Below, piece after piece: positions 17,731-20,000 of a stretch of DNA of 20,000 nt. The stretch comes from Piedraia hortae CBS 480.64 (lineage: Eukaryota): positions 47,983-67,982 of the forward strand of contig MU005966.1 of assembly GCA_010093745.1 (NCBI GenBank). Reading direction: 5' to 3'. Position numbers and translations under genes: made by a program. The first letter of the stretch is position 1. Every line of letters begins with the position of its first letter. The notes beneath the pieces were generated by a model that was given only the letters and a program-made list of their open reading frames with translations, ran no database searches and was not told the origin of the DNA.

Positions 17731-17860
17731 GGTTTTGGAGTGTGTTGGAAGGGGGAAGGGATCACTTCGAGATTGGTGAATGGTGACAGTCAACAGTGTG
17801 TGTGTTACCTCACTATGGAATCCGTCTGAGATCTGGAGAAGGCTTGCACCGCAAGCTTGG

Positions 17861-17995
17861 TCCAAACTCTCTCTTCCCAGCCCGAACCGCATTCGCCGTG
17901 ACGACATCCTTTGACGTAACCACGCTCCAGGGGAAACATCCTCCATGAAGTAAACACCCTGGAGAGTCCGATGCCATATCTACCCAAGGCAGGCA
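17861..17995 (+). repeat. Left arm of a diverged inverted duplication (partner 19045-19195)
   Basis: cagcccgaaccgcattcgccgtgacgacatc...ccaggggaaacatcctcca matches the reverse complement of the right arm, cagcctagccgcattcgccaggacaacgtc...ccagaggaaacttcctcca. Confidence 0.6.
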
Positions 17996-19044
17996 TCTGA
18001 CAGGTATAGGTAATGGTGTTGTCTGCGTGTACGAGAATGCAGAATATTGAAAGTACAAAAAGTGTCCGGGGTCAGCTCATATTTCTTATGCGCCATCTGT
18101 GTGGCGCCCAATGTATGAAAGCACTTGGTTTGTTGTCCGACAATACAACATCACCGCTGGCATTAGTCGGACGCAATGAAACCAATCCACGTCGGTTTCC
18201 TCTTGAGGATTTGGTGCCAGCAGGATGGACCCATGGTCCCTTTTTTCTCGGCTTGTGCCCTTTGTCCCGCTCGTTGAGATTCCACCGACGAGGGCAAGAC
18301 GGCCAGATTTTGTCAGGCCGTCCGCTGTCACGTCCGCGTCTTCCCCCGGAGCTCGCGTGACGACCATGTGCTCCTTCATAAGATTTCCCTACATAGACAA
18401 TTTGGGAGTGTATATAGGAATGCCAAACCCCACGTCTTTTAAACACGGTAGGTCGAGGATCTTCACCTATCTAGGTACAAGTAATCCGCCAATCTCGAAC
18501 ACGCACGAGAGGAAGAAGTAATAGTTCCAGAACGGTGCTGTTTAGCTTTCCCGCCGATACGAGGGGCGGCCGTGTAGCTTGCGCAGTACAAGCTGATGAT
18601 GAAGCCGACTTCTGTCTAAGCGCCAACCAATGCCAAGGGTTCTTTCTTTTGGCCTCTGGGTAAGATTTTGCTCATGTACGCGACGGGGTGGAAGGTTTAA
18701 GGTATAGGCGTGATTCAGAGAGCAGAGTGTAGGCCAAAGTTGGGAGGTTGAGTTCTGGAGAAGTGTGTCGTGTCGTTGTTGCTAGCGTTGTCTGTGGCAG
18801 TAGCGGCCACTGTTTCCTTGGTCGTTTAGCGTGTAGACTTTATGCCGATGAAAAAGAGGGGGGCGGGTCATCGTCTTCGTCGTAACTGTCGTGGTGATGT
18901 CGCGAGCCCGACGTCGGGCCGACGTCGGAAGGCGAATGCAGCTCAGCGAGTTCGACGACAGAGGCTTTTGGCATTTCGCTGCTGTTGCTTGATTTCTGTG
19001 AGACGGTAAACCCTCTCATGCAGTATACAGCCAGATCGCCTCTG

Positions 19045-19195
19045 CCAGCATGGATAGAGGTCGAGGCTTCTCGGGGTTTTAACCTCTCTGGAGGAAGTTT
19101 CCTCTGGGACGGGTCATGGTCTCGTTCATGTTCTTGCATGTTTCGATGACGTTGTCCTGGCGAATGCGGCTAGGCTGAGATAGATAGAGTGGAGA
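19045..19195 (-). repeat. Right arm of a diverged inverted duplication (partner 17861-17995); overlaps ORF 18840..19139
   Basis: Nucleotide match as for the left arm; translations are also similar (AFARTTS / AFAVTTS; QRKLPPERLKPREASTSIHAGR / QGKHPP*SKHPGESDAISTQGR). Confidence 0.6.
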
Positions 19196-19632
19196 AGGTT
19201 TTCTCCGACTTCACTTCATAGAAATAGAACACCTACGACCACCTCTTTTGATCAGAGTTGAGTGCAACACATTTTTCTTTGATCTACTTTCCACTTTAGT
19301 CCTCGGAGGTTCACTCATCCGACAATTTCCATCTCCCAGACAGTTGTGACGCTCTATTCGGGAGGCCGTTTTACATGGGAAACTATCAACGGAAAGCTAA
19401 GCTGGGAAGACAGTTGACCAGAGGGTGGATCAATGAAGGCTCTCTATCTTCCACTTGTCCGCGTATCCGAACGACACATTCGCGAGCAGGTGGCCTTCAT
19501 GTAGCGAATCATAAAATGCCTAACCGTTTCCCATTATGTGCATGACACCCCTTCCCTTCTCCCCTCATCCACCCCTAACAACTCCACCTACACGACCCTT
19601 CAAAAGGCCCCCTATCTACATGCGATAATAAC

Positions 19633-20000
19633 CTACTCATCAACACAAACCCTCCTCGGCTTGGGCGGAACCTCCCACTCCGTCGCTTCCATAATTACAT
19701 AACTCTCAAACGGTGTCCCGCGAAGCATGCCTCCCTCCCCCCTAAGTTCCGGCTCAAAACCTTGGACACTGGCCCACCCATCAAAAAGCCTCCTCCAATA
19801 ACACGTCTCGGCCGCGGGCGAGAGATACCTCTCCCTAAAAACTTCCTTCGCCCTCCTTGCAACCCTCCCCGCAGCCTCCACATCCCCCAAAAGCGTCCCC
19901 ATAACCCCCTCAAGGTCCCCAAACCCCCTCTCAACCCTAAAGTAATTCTGCTGGGGGCCAGCATCCCTCAACAAATGATGAAAATGCTCGATCCACTTTA
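19633..20000 (-). CDS. Glycosyltransferase family 90 / CAP10-like (DUF821) protein, C-terminal part; 5'-partial
   Basis: Frame open to the window end: KWIEHFHHLL...QNYFRVERGFGDLEGVM...ARRAKEVFRERYLSPAAETCYWRRLF, typical of fungal CAP10/GT90 C-termini. Confidence 0.85.
   Translation of the reverse strand, partial: KWIEHFHHLLRDAGPQQNYFRVERGFGDLEGVMGTLLGDVEAAGRVARRAKEVFRERYLSPAAETCYWRRLFDGWASVQGFEPELRGEGGMLRGTPFESYVIMEATEWEVPPKPRRVCVDE

Noticed and set aside
18904..18930. Tandem palindromes CCGACGTCGG x2
   Set aside because: Short GC-rich palindromes inside a decayed ORF; plausible by local duplication, with no supporting context.
12000..19600. Transposase or retroelement coding sequence in the gene-poor region
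   Set aside because: No DDE, RT, integrase or gag motifs recognised in the frames examined.

Overview
Fungal (ascomycete-type) genomic DNA: compact, intron-poor, with short GT-AG introns carrying CTRAC/CTAAC branch sites. The left 7 kb hold a tight three-gene cluster that looks like a cell-surface polysaccharide synthesis and O-acylation system. Gene 1 is a minus-strand gene missed by the ORF track (2407 to <1), encoding signal peptide + catalytically degenerate GH16-like domain + TM helix + linker + acyltransferase-3 (AT3) domain. Gene 2 is a second, stand-alone AT3 membrane acyltransferase. Gene 3 is a divergently transcribed 3-exon processive GT2 synthase with DxD, TED and QxxRW motifs. 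Next come a Trl1-type kinase + cyclic phosphodiesterase gene lacking the ligase domain, an AAAP amino-acid permease, and pyrroline-5-carboxylate reductase beside a 240-N assembly gap. About 12-19.3 kb is a graveyard of decayed paralogues: 3-4 relics of an F-box-like family, a disrupted 3-exon orphan gene and an inverted pair of relics. The window ends in the 3' part of a CAP10/GT90-like glycosyltransferase.
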